This document shows positions 42,399 through 53,677 of a DNA stretch of 64,000 bases, in pieces. The notes beneath the pieces are model-generated. The model was not told the origin of the DNA. It did no database searches and worked only from the letters and a program-made list of their open reading frames with translations. The DNA lies in NCBI RefSeq assembly GCF_000006765.1, contig NC_002516.2. One strand, 5' to 3'. Within the stretch, counting starts at the first letter, position 1. Every line of letters starts with the position of its first letter. The translations under genes were made by a program, and so were the position numbers. This DNA is from Pseudomonas aeruginosa PAO1. Its GTDB lineage: Bacteria > Pseudomonadota > Gammaproteobacteria > Pseudomonadales > Pseudomonadaceae.

Positions 42399-42935
42399 CT
42401 AAACGTTTGGGTCACGCTTCAACTGTGCCAGTACGCTGAACGGATTAGGACGCTTGTCCTCGACTTCGCTCGACTCCGGCTCGTCTTCGACGACGAATCC
42501 AGCCGGGTGCTGACATACTTCGGGGTCATGGGCCGGAACGATGGGTAAGGCGAGCAACAGCTCGTCCTCGACCAGCGCCAGCAGGTCCAGGGGTTCCTCC
42601 CCCACTTCCAGCGCATCGTACCCCTTCGGCAGACCGTCGGCGGACTGACCTTCCCGAAGAATGGCGTAGGTATATTCGCCATGCACGGGAATGGCCGCCG
42701 CATCCAGGCAGCGTTGGCATACCATGCTCACCTCGGTATCGAGCTGCATATGCATGACCGCCAGCTTCTGGTGGTCGCGCTCGAAGGAAACCTTCACGCG
42801 CACCTCACCGGCATCGCTGGTCAGTTGCTCGCATACACGCGGCATATCGGCGAGCGCGTACACACCTTCGAGGGTGGCGCCGCGGTCGACCAACTTGCGC
42901 GGATCGATATGAGGTGGAATCGGCCCATTCAACAT
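42399..42935 (-). CDS. yceD: YceD (DUF177) 23S rRNA accumulation protein
   Basis: CQRCL, EDELLLALP, NPFSVL; position directly before rpmF. Confidence 0.92.
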   Translation of the reverse strand: MLNGPIPPHIDPRKLVDRGATLEGVYALADMPRVCEQLTSDAGEVRVKVSFERDHQKLAVMHMQLDTEVSMVCQRCLDAAAIPVHGEYTYAILREGQSADGLPKGYDALEVGEEPLDLLALVEDELLLALPIVPAHDPEVCQHPAGFVVEDEPESSEVEDKRPNPFSVLAQLKRDPNV

Positions 42936-42944
42936 AAGCGCGCC

Positions 42945-42972
42945 ATTATAGGGACGCCCCCGCGCCTGTCAA
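42945..42972 (-). promoter_or_regulatory. Consensus sigma70 promoter of the yceD-rpmF-plsX-fab operon
   Basis: Minus strand TTGACA-N16-TATAAT. Confidence 0.85.
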
Positions 42973-43044
42973 AGGAAATTAGCCATAAACCGCTGTAAGG
43001 ACGAGTCTTTTCGTTAAAATCGGCCGCTCGCCATGGAGAACCTC

Positions 43045-43623
43045 ATGCCCGACCTGATCCTCGCCTCCAGCTCCCCCTACCGACGCGAACTCCTGACCCG
43101 CCTGCGCCTTCCCTTCGAAAGCGCCAGCCCCGATATCGACGAAAGCCATCGCGCCGGGGAAAGTGCCGAGGAACTGGTGCGCCGCCTTTCCGCCAGCAAG
43201 GCCGAAGCGCTGGCCGGACGCTATCCGCAACACCTGGTGATCGGCTCCGACCAGGTCGCCGTACTCGACGGCAACATCCTCGGCAAGCCGCACACCCCCG
43301 AACGCGCCATCCAGCAGCTACGGGACGCCAGCGGCAAGAGCGTGACCTTCCTCACCGGACTGGCCCTCCTCAACAGCGCCAGCCGACGCATCCAGGTGGC
43401 ATGCGTGCCGTTCACCGTGCACTTCCGCCACCTCGACGAGAGCCGCATCCGCCGCTACGTCGAAGCGGAACGCCCGCTGGACTGCGCCGGCAGCTTCAAG
43501 GCGGAAGGCCTGGGCGTCAGCCTGTTCCGCTCCACCGAAGGAGAGGACGCCACCAGCCTGGTGGGACTGCCCCTGATCCGCCTGGTCGACATGCTCCTCG
43601 AGGAAGGCGTCGAAATCCCCTGA
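43045..43623 (+). CDS. maf: Maf family nucleotide pyrophosphatase (YceF)
   Basis: LILASSSPYRR, IGSDQV, GKP; GGAGA RBS before ATG 43045. Confidence 0.92.
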   Translation: MPDLILASSSPYRRELLTRLRLPFESASPDIDESHRAGESAEELVRRLSASKAEALAGRYPQHLVIGSDQVAVLDGNILGKPHTPERAIQQLRDASGKSVTFLTGLALLNSASRRIQVACVPFTVHFRHLDESRIRRYVEAERPLDCAGSFKAEGLGVSLFRSTEGEDATSLVGLPLIRLVDMLLEEGVEIP

Positions 43624-43634
43624 GCCGGCATTCC

Positions 43635-43672
43635 ATATAAAGAAGCCCGGCTTCGGCCGGGCTTCTTTATAT
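43635..43672. terminator. Bidirectional terminator between maf and sppA
   Basis: Perfect 17-bp stem with a cUUCGg tetraloop. Confidence 0.85.
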
Positions 43673-43689
43673 AAGGAAGGGAAACACCC

Positions 43690-44670
43690 TCAGCGCAGTA
43701 CCGGCCCCTGCCAGCCCATCCACAGCGCGAGGCGCTCCGCCACACTGGCACCGAACTTCTTGGCGAAGCGATCGAAAGGCGACTCCTGCACGGTGTAGTC
43801 CTCGATCTTCTTCTCCTTCACCACTTCGCGCGCCACATAGCTGGCATTGCCCAGGCCGTCGATCAAACCCAGCTGCAATGCCTGTTCGCCGGACCAGACC
43901 AGACCCGAGAACAGCTCCGGATGCCCCTCGACCTTGAGCCGGTCGCCGCGCCCTTTTTTCACGCTGTCGATGAACTGCTTGTGGGTGGTATCCAGCACCT
44001 GCTGCCAGAACTGGGTCTCCTCGGGCTTTTGCGGCTGGAAAGGATCGAGGAACGACTTGTGCTCGCCGGAGGTATAGACGCGCCGCTCGACACCGAGCTT
44101 CTCCATGGTGCCGACGAAACCGAAGCTGGCCGCCGTCACGCCGATGGAGCCGACCAGGCTGGCCTTGTCGGCGTAGATCTGGTCGGCGGCGCTGGCGATG
44201 TAGTAGGCGCCGGAGGCACCCAGGTCGCTGATCACCGCATAGACCTTGACGTTCGGGTGCTCGCCGCGCAGGCGACGAATCTCGTCATAGATATAGCCGG
44301 ACTGCACCGGACTGCCGCCCGGACTGTTGATCCGCAGGACGATCCCCTTGGTACCCTCATCCTTGAACGCCGCGCGCAGGGCCGTGACGATATTGTCGGC
44401 ACTGGCCGGCTCATCGTCGGCGATCATGCCCTTCACCTCGATCAGTGCCGTGTGGCTACCGCTGCGCGAGGCCGATTTCTCCAGGCTGCCGAACGGACTG
44501 AAGGCCAGCAGCACGACAAAGAGATAGATGAAGGTCAGCGACTTGAAGAATATCCCCCAGCGCCGCGCCCGCCGCTGCTCCTGGACCCCGGCGAGGACCG
44601 CCTTTTCCAGCAGCTTCCAGCTCTTGTCGTCATTCGCCTTCGGCGTTTCCGACTTCCACTCGTCAGACAT
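43690..44670 (-). CDS. sppA: S49 family signal peptide peptidase
   Basis: RINSPGGS, ASGAYY, VGSIGV, HKSFLDPF; 326 aa. Confidence 0.9.
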   Translation of the reverse strand: MSDEWKSETPKANDDKSWKLLEKAVLAGVQEQRRARRWGIFFKSLTFIYLFVVLLAFSPFGSLEKSASRSGSHTALIEVKGMIADDEPASADNIVTALRAAFKDEGTKGIVLRINSPGGSPVQSGYIYDEIRRLRGEHPNVKVYAVISDLGASGAYYIASAADQIYADKASLVGSIGVTAASFGFVGTMEKLGVERRVYTSGEHKSFLDPFQPQKPEETQFWQQVLDTTHKQFIDSVKKGRGDRLKVEGHPELFSGLVWSGEQALQLGLIDGLGNASYVAREVVKEKKIEDYTVQESPFDRFAKKFGASVAERLALWMGWQGPVLR

Positions 44671-45355
44671 GCTCAACCACTCCTGAAACCGCCTCACGTC
44701 GAGCACCGCCCAACCAGGCGCGCAACTCGGTGAAATGCTCAACTTCCAGCCGCGGCGCATAAGGCCGCAACTGCTCCAGCGATTGGGCGCCATAGGCCAC
44801 CGCAACCGAATCCATCCCCGCCCGTCGCGCCATTTCCAGGTCGAACGGCGAATCACCGATCATCAGCGCCCGCCCCGGCTCGACCCGGCAGTGCGCCAGG
44901 ATCTCGTGGAGCATCAACGGGTCCGGCTTGCTGGCCGTTTCGTCGGCGCAGCGGGTGATATCGAAGAAATCGCTCCAGCCATGCCCCGCCAGCACCCGGT
45001 CCAGGCCGCGCCGACTCTTGCCGGTGGCGACCGCCAGGCGGAACCCGGCCTCGCGAAAATGCACCATGGCTTCGGCCACGCCGGGGAACAACCGCGACGG
45101 CTGCGCTTCCTGCGCCAGGTAATGCTCGCTGTAGGCACACCGGAAACGCTCGACCAGAGCAGGATCGCCAACCTCCGGATAGAGCGAAGCGATCGCCTCG
45201 GGCAAGCCGAGGCCGATGATGCCCTTGATCCGGGTATCGCCCCGCTCCGGCAGAGCGGTTTCCCGCGCCGCCGCCTTCATCGAATCGACGATGCGCGCGA
45301 TCGAGTCGACCAGGGTGCCGTCCCAATCGAATACCAGCAACGCGTAGTCAGTCAT
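44663..45355 (-). CDS. HAD-IA family hydrolase (phosphoglycolate phosphatase-like)
   Basis: [24 protein letters not shown]. Confidence 0.92.
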
Positions 45356-46304
45356 TCAAACGCTCCAGCGAACGCTGCCACATCTCGTCCACCGGCGCCT
45401 CCAGCTCCAGCACCTGCCCGTCGGGCAGCGGCACGCGCAACTGCGCGGCATGCAGGAACAGGCGCTTGCCGCCCAGCTCGCGGATCTCGCGGGAGAAATC
45501 CTCGTCGCCATACTTCGGGTCGCCGGCGATGGCATGCCCGGCGTGCTTGGCATGCACGCGGATCTGATGGGTCCGCCCGGTGATCGGGCGTGCTTCCACC
45601 AGGGTGGCGAAATCGCCGAAGCGACGCAGCACCCGGAACTCGGTCAGCGCGTCCTTGCCCTCGACGTTCACCTCTACCATTCGCTCGCCCGAACGCAGGT
45701 TGTTCTTCAGCAGCGGCGCGCGCACGTTCTTCTTGCCAGCCGGCCAGTGGCCACGGACCAGGGCGTGATAGCGCTTGTCGACGATCTTCTCGCCCCGCAG
45801 GGCCTCATGCAGGTGACGCAACATGCTGCGCTTCTTGGCGATCATCAGCAGGCCGGAGGTATCGCGATCGAGACGATGCACCAATTCGATATCCTTGGCA
45901 TCGGGGCGCAACTGGCGAAACACCTCGATGACCCCGGCGCTCACGCCGCTGCCGCCATGCACGGCGATCCCGGCGGGCTTGTTGACCACGATCAGCGCCT
46001 TGTCCTCGTAGACGATTGCCGCCTCCATCCGCTCCAGCAGCCCCTGCGCCAGCGGCGCCGGCTCATCACGCTCGGCCAGGCGCAGCGGCGGCACGCGCAC
46101 CTGGTCTCCGGCCTGGAGCCGATAGTCGGGCTTGATCCGCCCCTTGTTCACGCGCACTTCGCCCTTACGCAGGATGCGATAGATCAGGGTCTTGGGCGCA
46201 CCCTTGAGACGGGCGATAAGGAAATTGTCGATACGTTGACCAGCCAGTTCCGGCGGCACATCGAGCAGCTGGACACCGGTGGTCGGAGAGGCGGGAGTAG
46301 TCAT
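45348..46304 (-). CDS. rluC: 23S rRNA pseudouridine synthase RluC
   Basis: S4 domain, [19 protein letters not shown]; 318 aa. Confidence 0.96.
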
Positions 46305-46332
46305 CCGTACATCATAACAATTTTTCATTCAA

Positions 46333-46361
46333 TTGAAGCACTTAATCATTGCTGCTATAGT
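46333..46361 (+). promoter_or_regulatory. Sigma70 promoter of rne
   Basis: TTGAAG-N17-TATAGT with an extended TG. Confidence 0.7.
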
Positions 46362-46367
46362 CGGGAA

Positions 46368-46880
46368 GCCGCCATAAGCGGCCTGGCCTGCGGATGATTG
46401 CCAACCTGCATTTCCCCCTCGCCTGCAAACACTTTGAACGGACGTCAGGCCGTCCTACAGAGGCGTTTCAGCGGAAATACGAAAATTTCCAACCCGCTAA
46501 CGACTCGAAACCAAAGCCTTGAAACATGAGCCGCGACCACTTCGGTGAGCGCGAGATGCCAACCCGCTCCGGATACTGCGAGCGGCGCCCGATTCTTAAG
46601 GAACATGTGTAGGGTGGAGATGTACGGCTGTTGGACTGCGTAGCTTCTAGCTTGATCCAGACGCATTTTTCGTCCGCCTCCGACAGCCGATTCCTCCTCC
46701 TGACTCAAGTGCTTCTGAAACACAGGAAGCAGGAGACGTAGTCGCGGACCGGCACCCAGTGCCGAGCGCCGCTGGACACGGGAATGGCCCGCCATTCCTG
46801 AATACGCGCCCGAGCACCGACCGTGAGAGTCGTGTGTGCCGATCGCCGTTTCCGGTAGCCCCGGAAACCATTGGTACTAC
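46368..46880 (+). promoter_or_regulatory. Long structured rne 5' UTR (likely contains the Pseudomonas rne-II motif)
   Basis: About 510 nt without a credible ORF between the promoter and the ATG; long rne leaders are established autoregulatory elements. Confidence 0.6.
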
Positions 46881-49800
46881 ATGAAAAGAATGCTGATCAA
46901 CGCGACTCAACCCGAGGAGTTGCGTGTTGCACTGGTCGACGGCCAACGCCTGTTCGACCTCGACATCGAGTCGGGCGCCCGCGAGCAGAAGAAGGCCAAC
47001 ATCTACAAAGGCCGCATCACTCGCGTCGAACCCAGCCTCGAAGCCGCCTTCGTCGACTTCGGCGCCGAACGCCACGGCTTCCTCCCCCTCAAAGAAATCT
47101 CCCGCGAATACTTCAAGAAATCCCCCGAAGGCCGGATCAACATCAAGGAAGTCCTGAGCGAAGGCCAGGAAGTCATCGTCCAGGTCGAGAAGGAAGAGCG
47201 CGGCAACAAGGGCGCCGCCCTGACCACCTTCATCAGCCTGGCCGGCCGTTACCTGGTGCTGATGCCGAACAACCCGCGCGCCGGCGGCATCTCCCGCCGT
47301 ATCGAAGGCGAAGAGCGCAACGAGCTGCGCGAGGCCCTGAACGGCCTCAACGCACCGGCCGACATGGGCCTGATCGTGCGCACCGCCGGCCTCGGCCGCA
47401 GCACCGAGGAACTGCAGTGGGACCTCGACTACCTGCTGCAACTGTGGAGCGCGATCAAGGAAGCGTCCGGCGAACGTGGCGCGCCCTTCCTGATCTACCA
47501 GGAAAGCAACGTCATCATCCGCGCCATCCGCGACTACCTGCGCCAGGACATCGGCGAAGTGCTGATCGACAGCATCGACGCCCAGGAAGAAGCCCTGAAC
47601 TTCATCCGCCAGGTGATGCCGCAGTACGCCAGCAAGGTGAAGCTGTACCAGGACAGCGTTCCGCTGTTCAATCGCTTCCAGATCGAGAGCCAGATCGAGA
47701 CCGCTTTCCAGCGCGAAGTGAAGCTGCCGTCCGGCGGCTCCATCGTCATCGACCCGACCGAGGCCCTGGTTTCCATCGACATCAACTCGGCGCGCGCCAC
47801 CAAGGGCGGCGACATCGAGGAAACCGCCCTGCAGACCAACCTGGAAGCGGCCGAGGAAATCGCCCGCCAGCTGCGCCTGCGTGACATCGGCGGCCTGATC
47901 GTCATCGACTTCATCGACATGACCCCGGCGAAGAACCAGCGCGCCGTGGAAGAGCGTGTCCGCGAAGCCCTCGAGGCCGACCGCGCGCGCGTCCAGGTCG
48001 GTCGCATCTCGCGCTTCGGCCTGCTGGAAATGTCCCGCCAGCGCCTGCGTCCGTCCCTCGGCGAGACCAGCGGCATCGTCTGCCCGCGCTGCAACGGCCA
48101 GGGCATCATCCGCGACGTCGAGTCGCTGTCGCTGGCCATCCTGCGCCTGATCGAGGAAGAAGCCCTGAAGGACCGCACCGCGGAAGTCCGCGCCCGCGTG
48201 CCCTTCCAGGTCGCCGCCTTCCTGCTCAACGAGAAGCGCAACGCCATCACCAAGATCGAACTGCGTACCCGCGCGCGCATCTTCATCCTGCCGGACGATC
48301 ATCTGGAAACCCCGCATTTCGAAGTCCAGCGTCTGCGCGATGACAGCCCCGAACTGGTTGCCGGCCAGACCAGCTACGAAATGGCCACCGTCGAGCACGA
48401 AGAAGCCCAGCCGGTCAGCTCGACCCGCACCCTGGTCCGCCAGGAAGCAGCAGTCAAGACCGTCGCTCCCCAGCAGCCCGCACCGCAACACACCGAAGCA
48501 CCGGTCGAGCCGGCCAAGCCGATGCCCGAGCCGAGCCTGTTCCAGGGCCTGGTGAAGTCCCTGGTCGGCCTGTTCGCAGGCAAGGATCAACCTGCCGCCA
48601 AGCCTGCTGAAACCAGCAAGCCGGCTGCCGAGCGCCAAACCCGCCAGGACGAGCGTCGCAACGGCCGCCAGCAGAACCGCCGCCGCGATGGCCGCGATGG
48701 CAATCGCCGCGACGAAGAGCGCAAACCGCGCGAGGAGCGTGCAGAGCGTCAACCGCGCGAAGAGCGCGCCGAACGCCCGAACCGCGAAGAGCGCAGCGAA
48801 CGTCGCCGCGAAGAGCGCGCCGAGCGCCCGGCTCGCGAGGAGCGCCAGCCGCGCGAAGGCCGTGAAGAGCGCGCCGAGCGGACACCCCGCGAAGAGCGCC
48901 AGCCGCGCGAAGGCCGCGAAGGTCGCGAGGAACGCAGCGAACGCCGCCGCGAAGAGCGCGCCGAACGCCCGGCCCGCGAAGAGCGCCAACCCCGCGAAGG
49001 CCGTGAAGAACGCGCCGAGCGCCCGGCCCGCGAAGAGCGCCAGCCGCGCGAGGATCGCCAGGCTCGCGACGCCGCGGCCCTGGAAGCCGAGGCATTGCCG
49101 AACGACGAGAGCCTGGAGCAGGACGAGCAGGACGATACCGATGGCGAGCGCCCGCGCCGCCGCTCCCGCGGCCAGCGTCGTCGCAGCAACCGCCGCGAAC
49201 GCCAGCGCGAGGTCAGCGGCGAGCTGGAAGGCAGCGAGGCGACCGATAACGCCGCCGCGCCGCTGAACACCGTCGCAGCCGCCGCCGCTGCCGGTATCGC
49301 TGTCGCCAGCGAAGCCGTAGAAGCAAACGTGGAGCAAGCCCCGGCCACTACCAGCGAGGCTGCCAGCGAAACCACGGCAAGCGATGAGACCGACGCGTCG
49401 ACCAGCGAAGCCGTCGAAACCCAGGGCGCGGACAGCGAGGCCAATACCGGCGAAACCGCCGACATCGAAGCGCCGGTGACCGTCAGCGTGGTCCGGGACG
49501 AAGCCGACCAGAGCACCCTGCTGGTCGCGCAAGCCACTGAAGAAGCTCCCTTCGCCAGCGAAAGCGTGGAAAGCCGCGAAGACGCCGAGAGCGCCGTGCA
49601 ACCGGCAACGGAAGCGGCCGAAGAAGTTGCCGCTCCGGTGCCCGTCGAAGTAGCAGCCCCTAGCGAGCCCGCAGCCACCGAGGAGCCGACCCCGGCCATC
49701 GCGGCGGTGCCGGCCAACGCGACTGGCCGTGCCCTCAACGACCCACGGGAAAAACGTCGCCTGCAACGCGAAGCCGAGCGTCTGGCACGCGAAGCCGCAG

Positions 49801-50054
49801 CAGCAGCCGAAGCGGCAGCTCAGGCCGCTCCCGCCGTCGAGGAGATCCCGGCTGTAGCGAGCGAGGAAGCGTCGGCCCAGGAGGAACCTGCTGCACCCCA
49901 GGCTGAAGAAATCACCCAGGCCGACGTTCCGTCCCAGGCGGACGAAGCCCAGGAAGCGGTACAGGCCGAGCCTGAAGCTTCCGGCGAAGGCGCCGCCGAC
50001 ACGGAGCACGCGAAAAAGACCGAGGAAAGCGAAACCTCGCGCCCGCATGCCTGA
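46881..50054 (+). CDS. rne: Ribonuclease E
   Basis: [18 protein letters not shown]1 domain, IDINSA, CPRC Zn-link, disordered CTD; 1057 aa. Confidence 0.98.
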   Translation: MKRMLINATQPEELRVALVDGQRLFDLDIESGAREQKKANIYKGRITRVEPSLEAAFVDFGAERHGFLPLKEISREYFKKSPEGRINIKEVLSEGQEVIVQVEKEERGNKGAALTTFISLAGRYLVLMPNNPRAGGISRRIEGEERNELREALNGLNAPADMGLIVRTAGLGRSTEELQWDLDYLLQLWSAIKEASGERGAPFLIYQESNVIIRAIRDYLRQDIGEVLIDSIDAQEEALNFIRQVMPQYASKVKLYQDSVPLFNRFQIESQIETAFQREVKLPSGGSIVIDPTEALVSIDINSARATKGGDIEETALQTNLEAAEEIARQLRLRDIGGLIVIDFIDMTPAKNQRAVEERVREALEADRARVQVGRISRFGLLEMSRQRLRPSLGETSGIVCPRCNGQGIIRDVESLSLAILRLIEEEALKDRTAEVRARVPFQVAAFLLNEKRNAITKIELRTRARIFILPDDHLETPHFEVQRLRDDSPELVAGQTSYEMATVEHEEAQPVSSTRTLVRQEAAVKTVAPQQPAPQHTEAPVEPAKPMPEPSLFQGLVKSLVGLFAGKDQPAAKPAETSKPAAERQTRQDERRNGRQQNRRRDGRDGNRRDEERKPREERAERQPREERAERPNREERSERRREERAERPAREERQPREGREERAERTPREERQPREGREGREERSERRREERAERPAREERQPREGREERAERPAREERQPREDRQARDAAALEAEALPNDESLEQDEQDDTDGERPRRRSRGQRRRSNRRERQREVSGELEGSEATDNAAAPLNTVAAAAAAGIAVASEAVEANVEQAPATTSEAASETTASDETDASTSEAVETQGADSEANTGETADIEAPVTVSVVRDEADQSTLLVAQATEEAPFASESVESREDAESAVQPATEAAEEVAAPVPVEVAAPSEPAATEEPTPAIAAVPANATGRALNDPREKRRLQREAERLAREAAAAAEAAAQAAPAVEEIPAVASEEASAQEEPAAPQAEEITQADVPSQADEAQEAVQAEPEASGEGAADTEHAKKTEESETSRPHA
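48712..49070 (+). repeat. Coding tandem REER/RAERP repeats in the RNase E scaffold
   Basis: Repeated GAAGAGCGC(GCCGAGCGC/CAGCCGCGC) units encoding [17 protein letters not shown] and REERSERRR. Confidence 0.9.
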
Positions 50055-50065
50055 GTGACAGGCTG

Positions 50066-50197
50066 AAAAAAGGGGATGCCATGGCATCCCCTTTTTTTGC
50101 GCGCCATTCCGCGGCACTCCGGCATACCGCCCGTCATGACCAGAGCCGCCGAACACGCACAATGAAAAAGGGATGCCGCCGGCATCCCTTTTTCATT
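50066..50197. terminator. Two near-identical bidirectional terminators between rne and murB
   Basis: Perfect 32-nt palindrome AAAAAAGGGGATGCCATGGCATCCCCTTTTTT and 17-bp stem AATGAAAAAGGGATGCC/GGCATCCCTTTTTCATT. Confidence 0.88.
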
Positions 50198-50211
50198 CTC
50201 CAGCCGCACCC

Positions 50212-51231
50212 TCAGTAGAGATTGGGTTCAGGCTCCAATTCGACGCCGAAACGCCGACGGACGTCCTCCTGGATACGCTCGGCCAATGCCCGGACCTGGG
50301 CACCAGTGGCGCCGCCATGGTTTACCAGGACCAGCGCCTGCTGCGCGTGTACCCCCACCGGGCCATCGCGGAAACCCTTCCAGCCGCCCTTGTCGATGAG
50401 CCAGCCTGCAGCCAGCTTCAGCCGACCGTCCGCCTGCGGATAGCCAACCAGATCCGGGAAGGCCTGACGCAAGCGCTCGGCCTGCGTCGCATCCACCAGC
50501 GGGTTCTTGAAGAAGCTGCCGGCATTGCCCAATACGGCGGGGTCGGGCAGCTTCTCCCGGCGAATGGCGCAGATTACCCGGCTTACGTCCCTGGCCGTCG
50601 GACTGGCGATGCCCTCCTCCTCCAGGCGCTGGCGTACCGGCCCGTAGTCCAGGTGCAGCCTCTCCCGCCGTGTCAGGCGCAGGCGCACGCGGAGGATCAG
50701 CCAGCGATCAGGCTCCTGCTTGAACAGGCTGTCGCGGTAGCCGAAACGGCAGGCCTGGCGATCGAACTCACGCAGGGTTCCATCCTGGCGATCCAGCGCC
50801 GTCAGGCTGTCGAAGACATCCTTCAGCTCCACGCCATAGGCGCCGATGTTCTGCATCGGCGCCGCACCCACGGTGCCGGGAATCAGGCTGAGATTTTCCA
50901 GACCGGCCAGGCCCCGCTCCAGGCTCCATTGTACGAATGGGTCCCAGGCCTCGCCCGCCTCCGCCTCGACCAACACCGAATCCGCGGCATCGGAAACAAT
51001 TCGCCGCCCCTGGCTGGCCATGCGCAAAACCAGCGCCTCGACGTCACGGGTCAGCAGCAGGTTGCTGCCACCACCGATCACCAGCAGCGGCAATCCACGC
51101 TCCCGAGCCAGGGCCAGGGCCTCGCGCACATCAGCCTCGTCCCGGGCGTGGGCCAGCAGGCGGGCGCGCACGTCGATGCCGAAGGTGTTATAGGGCTTCA
51201 GCGAGCAATGCTCTTGCAGTTCCAGGCTCAC
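50212..51231 (-). CDS. murB: UDP-N-acetylenolpyruvoylglucosamine reductase
   Basis: IGGGSNLL, IPGTVGAAPMQNIGAYG, GYRDSLFK, NAGSFFKNP, LEPEP. Confidence 0.97.
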   Translation of the reverse strand: MSLELQEHCSLKPYNTFGIDVRARLLAHARDEADVREALALARERGLPLLVIGGGSNLLLTRDVEALVLRMASQGRRIVSDAADSVLVEAEAGEAWDPFVQWSLERGLAGLENLSLIPGTVGAAPMQNIGAYGVELKDVFDSLTALDRQDGTLREFDRQACRFGYRDSLFKQEPDRWLILRVRLRLTRRERLHLDYGPVRQRLEEEGIASPTARDVSRVICAIRREKLPDPAVLGNAGSFFKNPLVDATQAERLRQAFPDLVGYPQADGRLKLAAGWLIDKGGWKGFRDGPVGVHAQQALVLVNHGGATGAQVRALAERIQEDVRRRFGVELEPEPNLY

Positions 51232-51692
51232 AGTCGCCCCTTGGCTTCGATCAACAGACGGTCGCAGGCATGTTCGATCAGGTCGAGGACCTGCTCGAAG
51301 CCTTCTTCGCCGCCATAGTAGGGATCGGGCACTTCGTCCCGCTCGGATCCGTAGCGACGCAGGAACAGATCCAGTTCGGCGGCACCGCGCCCGGCACGCA
51401 GGGTCTCGAGGTCAGCCAGGTTGGACAGGTCCATGGCCAGGATCAGGTCATGGCGGGAGAAATCCTCGATGCCGACCTGGCGTCCACGCAGTGCCGACAG
51501 GTCGTAGCCACGCCTTTGCGCGGCCAGGCGGGTGCGCTGGTCAGGCGCCTTGCCGACATGCCAGCCGGCGGTACCGGCGGAATCGACATGGATGCGGGAA
51601 GCCAGCCCGGCCTCCTCGACCTTGCGCCGGAACACGCCTTCGGCGGTGGGCGACCGGCAGATGTTGCCCAGGCAGACGAACAGGACGCGCAT
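51228..51692 (-). CDS. ptpA: Low molecular weight protein-tyrosine phosphatase
   Basis: VCLGNICRS P-loop, DPYYG. Confidence 0.94.
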   Translation of the reverse strand: MRVLFVCLGNICRSPTAEGVFRRKVEEAGLASRIHVDSAGTAGWHVGKAPDQRTRLAAQRRGYDLSALRGRQVGIEDFSRHDLILAMDLSNLADLETLRAGRGAAELDLFLRRYGSERDEVPDPYYGGEEGFEQVLDLIEHACDRLLIEAKGRL

Positions 51693-52456
51693 CAGCCCCC
51701 CAACACGCGGCGAACGCGTTCGAGGTCTTCCGGCGTATCCACGCCCGGAAGCATGTTTTCGCGGGCATCGGCCACATGGATTCGCACCCCGTGCCAGAGC
51801 GCGCGCAATTGCTCAAGGCTTTCGGCGTTCTCCAGCCAGCACGGTCCCCAGGCGACGAAATCGGCAAGGAAACCCACGCGATAGGCGTAGATGCCGATGT
51901 GGCGACGATAGGGCACGCCCTCCGGCAGGCTGTCGCGATCGCGGGCGAAGGCGTCGCGAGCCCAGGGCAAGGGCGCACGACTGAAAGTCAGGGCCAGGCC
52001 GTCGATGTCGGTGGCGACCTTGACCACGTTCGGATTGAACAGCGCGGAGACCTCATGGATCGGCTCGGCCAGGGTAGCGATGGCAGCTTCCGGGTGCGCC
52101 GCCAGGTTGGCCGCCACCTGGTCGATGAGCGCCGGGGGGATCAGCGGTTCGTCGCCCTGGACGTTGACCACGATGGCATCGCTGGCCAGGCCGAGCCGGG
52201 AAGCGACTTCCTCCAGGCGATCGGTGCCGGAGTTGTGCTCGGCACGCGTCAGCAGCGCCTCGGCGCCGAACCCCTGGCACGCCGCCAGGATGCGTTCGTC
52301 GTCGGTGGCGACGACCACGCGGCTGGCGGCGCTCTTGCGGGCCTGGTTCCAGACGCGCTGGATCATTGGCTGGCCGGCGATATCCTGCAATGGCTTGCCG
52401 GGCAGGCGAGTGGAGGCGTAGCGGGCGGGAATGACGACAGTGAACGCCTGGGTCAT
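51692..52456 (-). CDS. kdsB: CMP-Kdo synthetase
   Basis: [35 protein letters not shown]; 254 aa. Confidence 0.97.
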   Translation of the reverse strand: MTQAFTVVIPARYASTRLPGKPLQDIAGQPMIQRVWNQARKSAASRVVVATDDERILAACQGFGAEALLTRAEHNSGTDRLEEVASRLGLASDAIVVNVQGDEPLIPPALIDQVAANLAAHPEAAIATLAEPIHEVSALFNPNVVKVATDIDGLALTFSRAPLPWARDAFARDRDSLPEGVPYRRHIGIYAYRVGFLADFVAWGPCWLENAESLEQLRALWHGVRIHVADARENMLPGVDTPEDLERVRRVLGG

Positions 52457-52641
52457 TACTTGTCCAGCCGCTCGTCCACGTTCAGGGAGCGAGCCTCGCT
52501 CTCCAGCATCACCGGGATGCCGTCGCGGATCGGATAGGCCAGGCCGGCCTGCTTGCTGATCAGTTCGGTCTTGTCTTCGCTGAGCACCAGCGGGCCCTTG
52601 GTCAACGGGCAGGCAAGGATATCGAGGAGTTTCGGGTCCAT
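52456..52641 (-). CDS. Trm112/YcaR family protein
   Basis: [23 protein letters not shown]; 61 aa. Confidence 0.92.
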   Translation of the reverse strand: MDPKLLDILACPLTKGPLVLSEDKTELISKQAGLAYPIRDGIPVMLESEARSLNVDERLDK

Positions 52642-52678
52642 GGCGGAGTCCTTCATACAATGGCGGCACGGCCGCCGG

Positions 52679-53677
52679 TCAGCGCGCCAGGAGATGCTCG
52701 AGTCGGGCGTCGAACCAGGCGACGAATGCTGGGGAAGGCACCGCATCGACCGCCAGGTACCACCAGTCGGCCGCTGCGAAAGCCCGGCATTTAACGGCAT
52801 CCTTCTCGGTCATCAGCAGCGGCAGCGGCGGGCTGAACGCCAGTTCGGCCGCCGTGTAGGTCGCGTGATCCGGGAAGGCATGCGGAATCGCCCGCCAGTG
52901 TAGCGCCTCGAGCGTCCTGAAGAAACGCTGCGGATTGCCGATCCCGGCCAGGGCATGGACCTCCTGGCCCGCGGGAAAATGCTCCAGCGGTCGGCGCTCG
53001 CCGCTCTGCAGGTTGATCAGCGCAGTAGGCTGCAAGCGGAATGCGTAACCGCCGTCAGGATCCTCGTCGGCGCCGTTGTAAAGCAGCGCGTCGACGCTTT
53101 CCAGACGCTCCGCCGGTTCGCGCAACGGACCGGCCGGCAGGCAACGACCATTGCCGAGACCGCGCGCGGCATCGATCAGCACCAGCTCCAGATCGCGTGC
53201 CAGGCGATAGTGCTGCAAGCCATCGTCGCAGAGGACCAGGTCCAACTGCTCTTCGGCGAGCAGCGCCTGCAGGGCGCGCGGACGATCCGGGTCGATCATC
53301 AGCGGCACGCCGCTGCGCCGGACGATCATCAGCGGTTCGTCGCCGGCCTCCGCGGCGTCCTGCTCGGCCCGCACCCGCCACGGCGTGGTGGGCGGCCGGG
53401 CACCATAGCCGCGGCTGATCACGCCAACCCGCAAGCCGCGAGCCCTGCAGTGCTCGATCATCCAGAGGATCATCGGCGTCTTGCCGGTTCCGCCGACGGT
53501 GATGTTGCCTACCACCAGCACCGGCAGCGGTGCCCGGTAGGCGGGCTTGCGCCCGGACAGGAAGTCCGCCCGGCGGCCGTTCGCCACCCGACGATAGAGA
53601 GCCTCCAGCGGACGCAGCAGCGCCAGCGCCGGATGCCCCTGGTACCAGGCGGCGAGCAGTCGCTCGGAGAACGACAT
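52679..53677 (-). CDS. lpxK: Tetraacyldisaccharide 4'-kinase
   Basis: [40 protein letters not shown]. Confidence 0.97.
   Translation of the reverse strand: MSFSERLLAAWYQGHPALALLRPLEALYRRVANGRRADFLSGRKPAYRAPLPVLVVGNITVGGTGKTPMILWMIEHCRARGLRVGVISRGYGARPPTTPWRVRAEQDAAEAGDEPLMIVRRSGVPLMIDPDRPRALQALLAEEQLDLVLCDDGLQHYRLARDLELVLIDAARGLGNGRCLPAGPLREPAERLESVDALLYNGADEDPDGGYAFRLQPTALINLQSGERRPLEHFPAGQEVHALAGIGNPQRFFRTLEALHWRAIPHAFPDHATYTAAELAFSPPLPLLMTEKDAVKCRAFAAADWWYLAVDAVPSPAFVAWFDARLEHLLAR

Noticed and set aside
48712-49070. CRISPR-like array
   Set aside because: The repeats are in-frame coding units without unique spacers, and there are no cas genes.
46647-50162. 1171-aa ORF antisense to rne
   Set aside because: Shadow of a GC-rich, repetitive gene; low-complexity translation.
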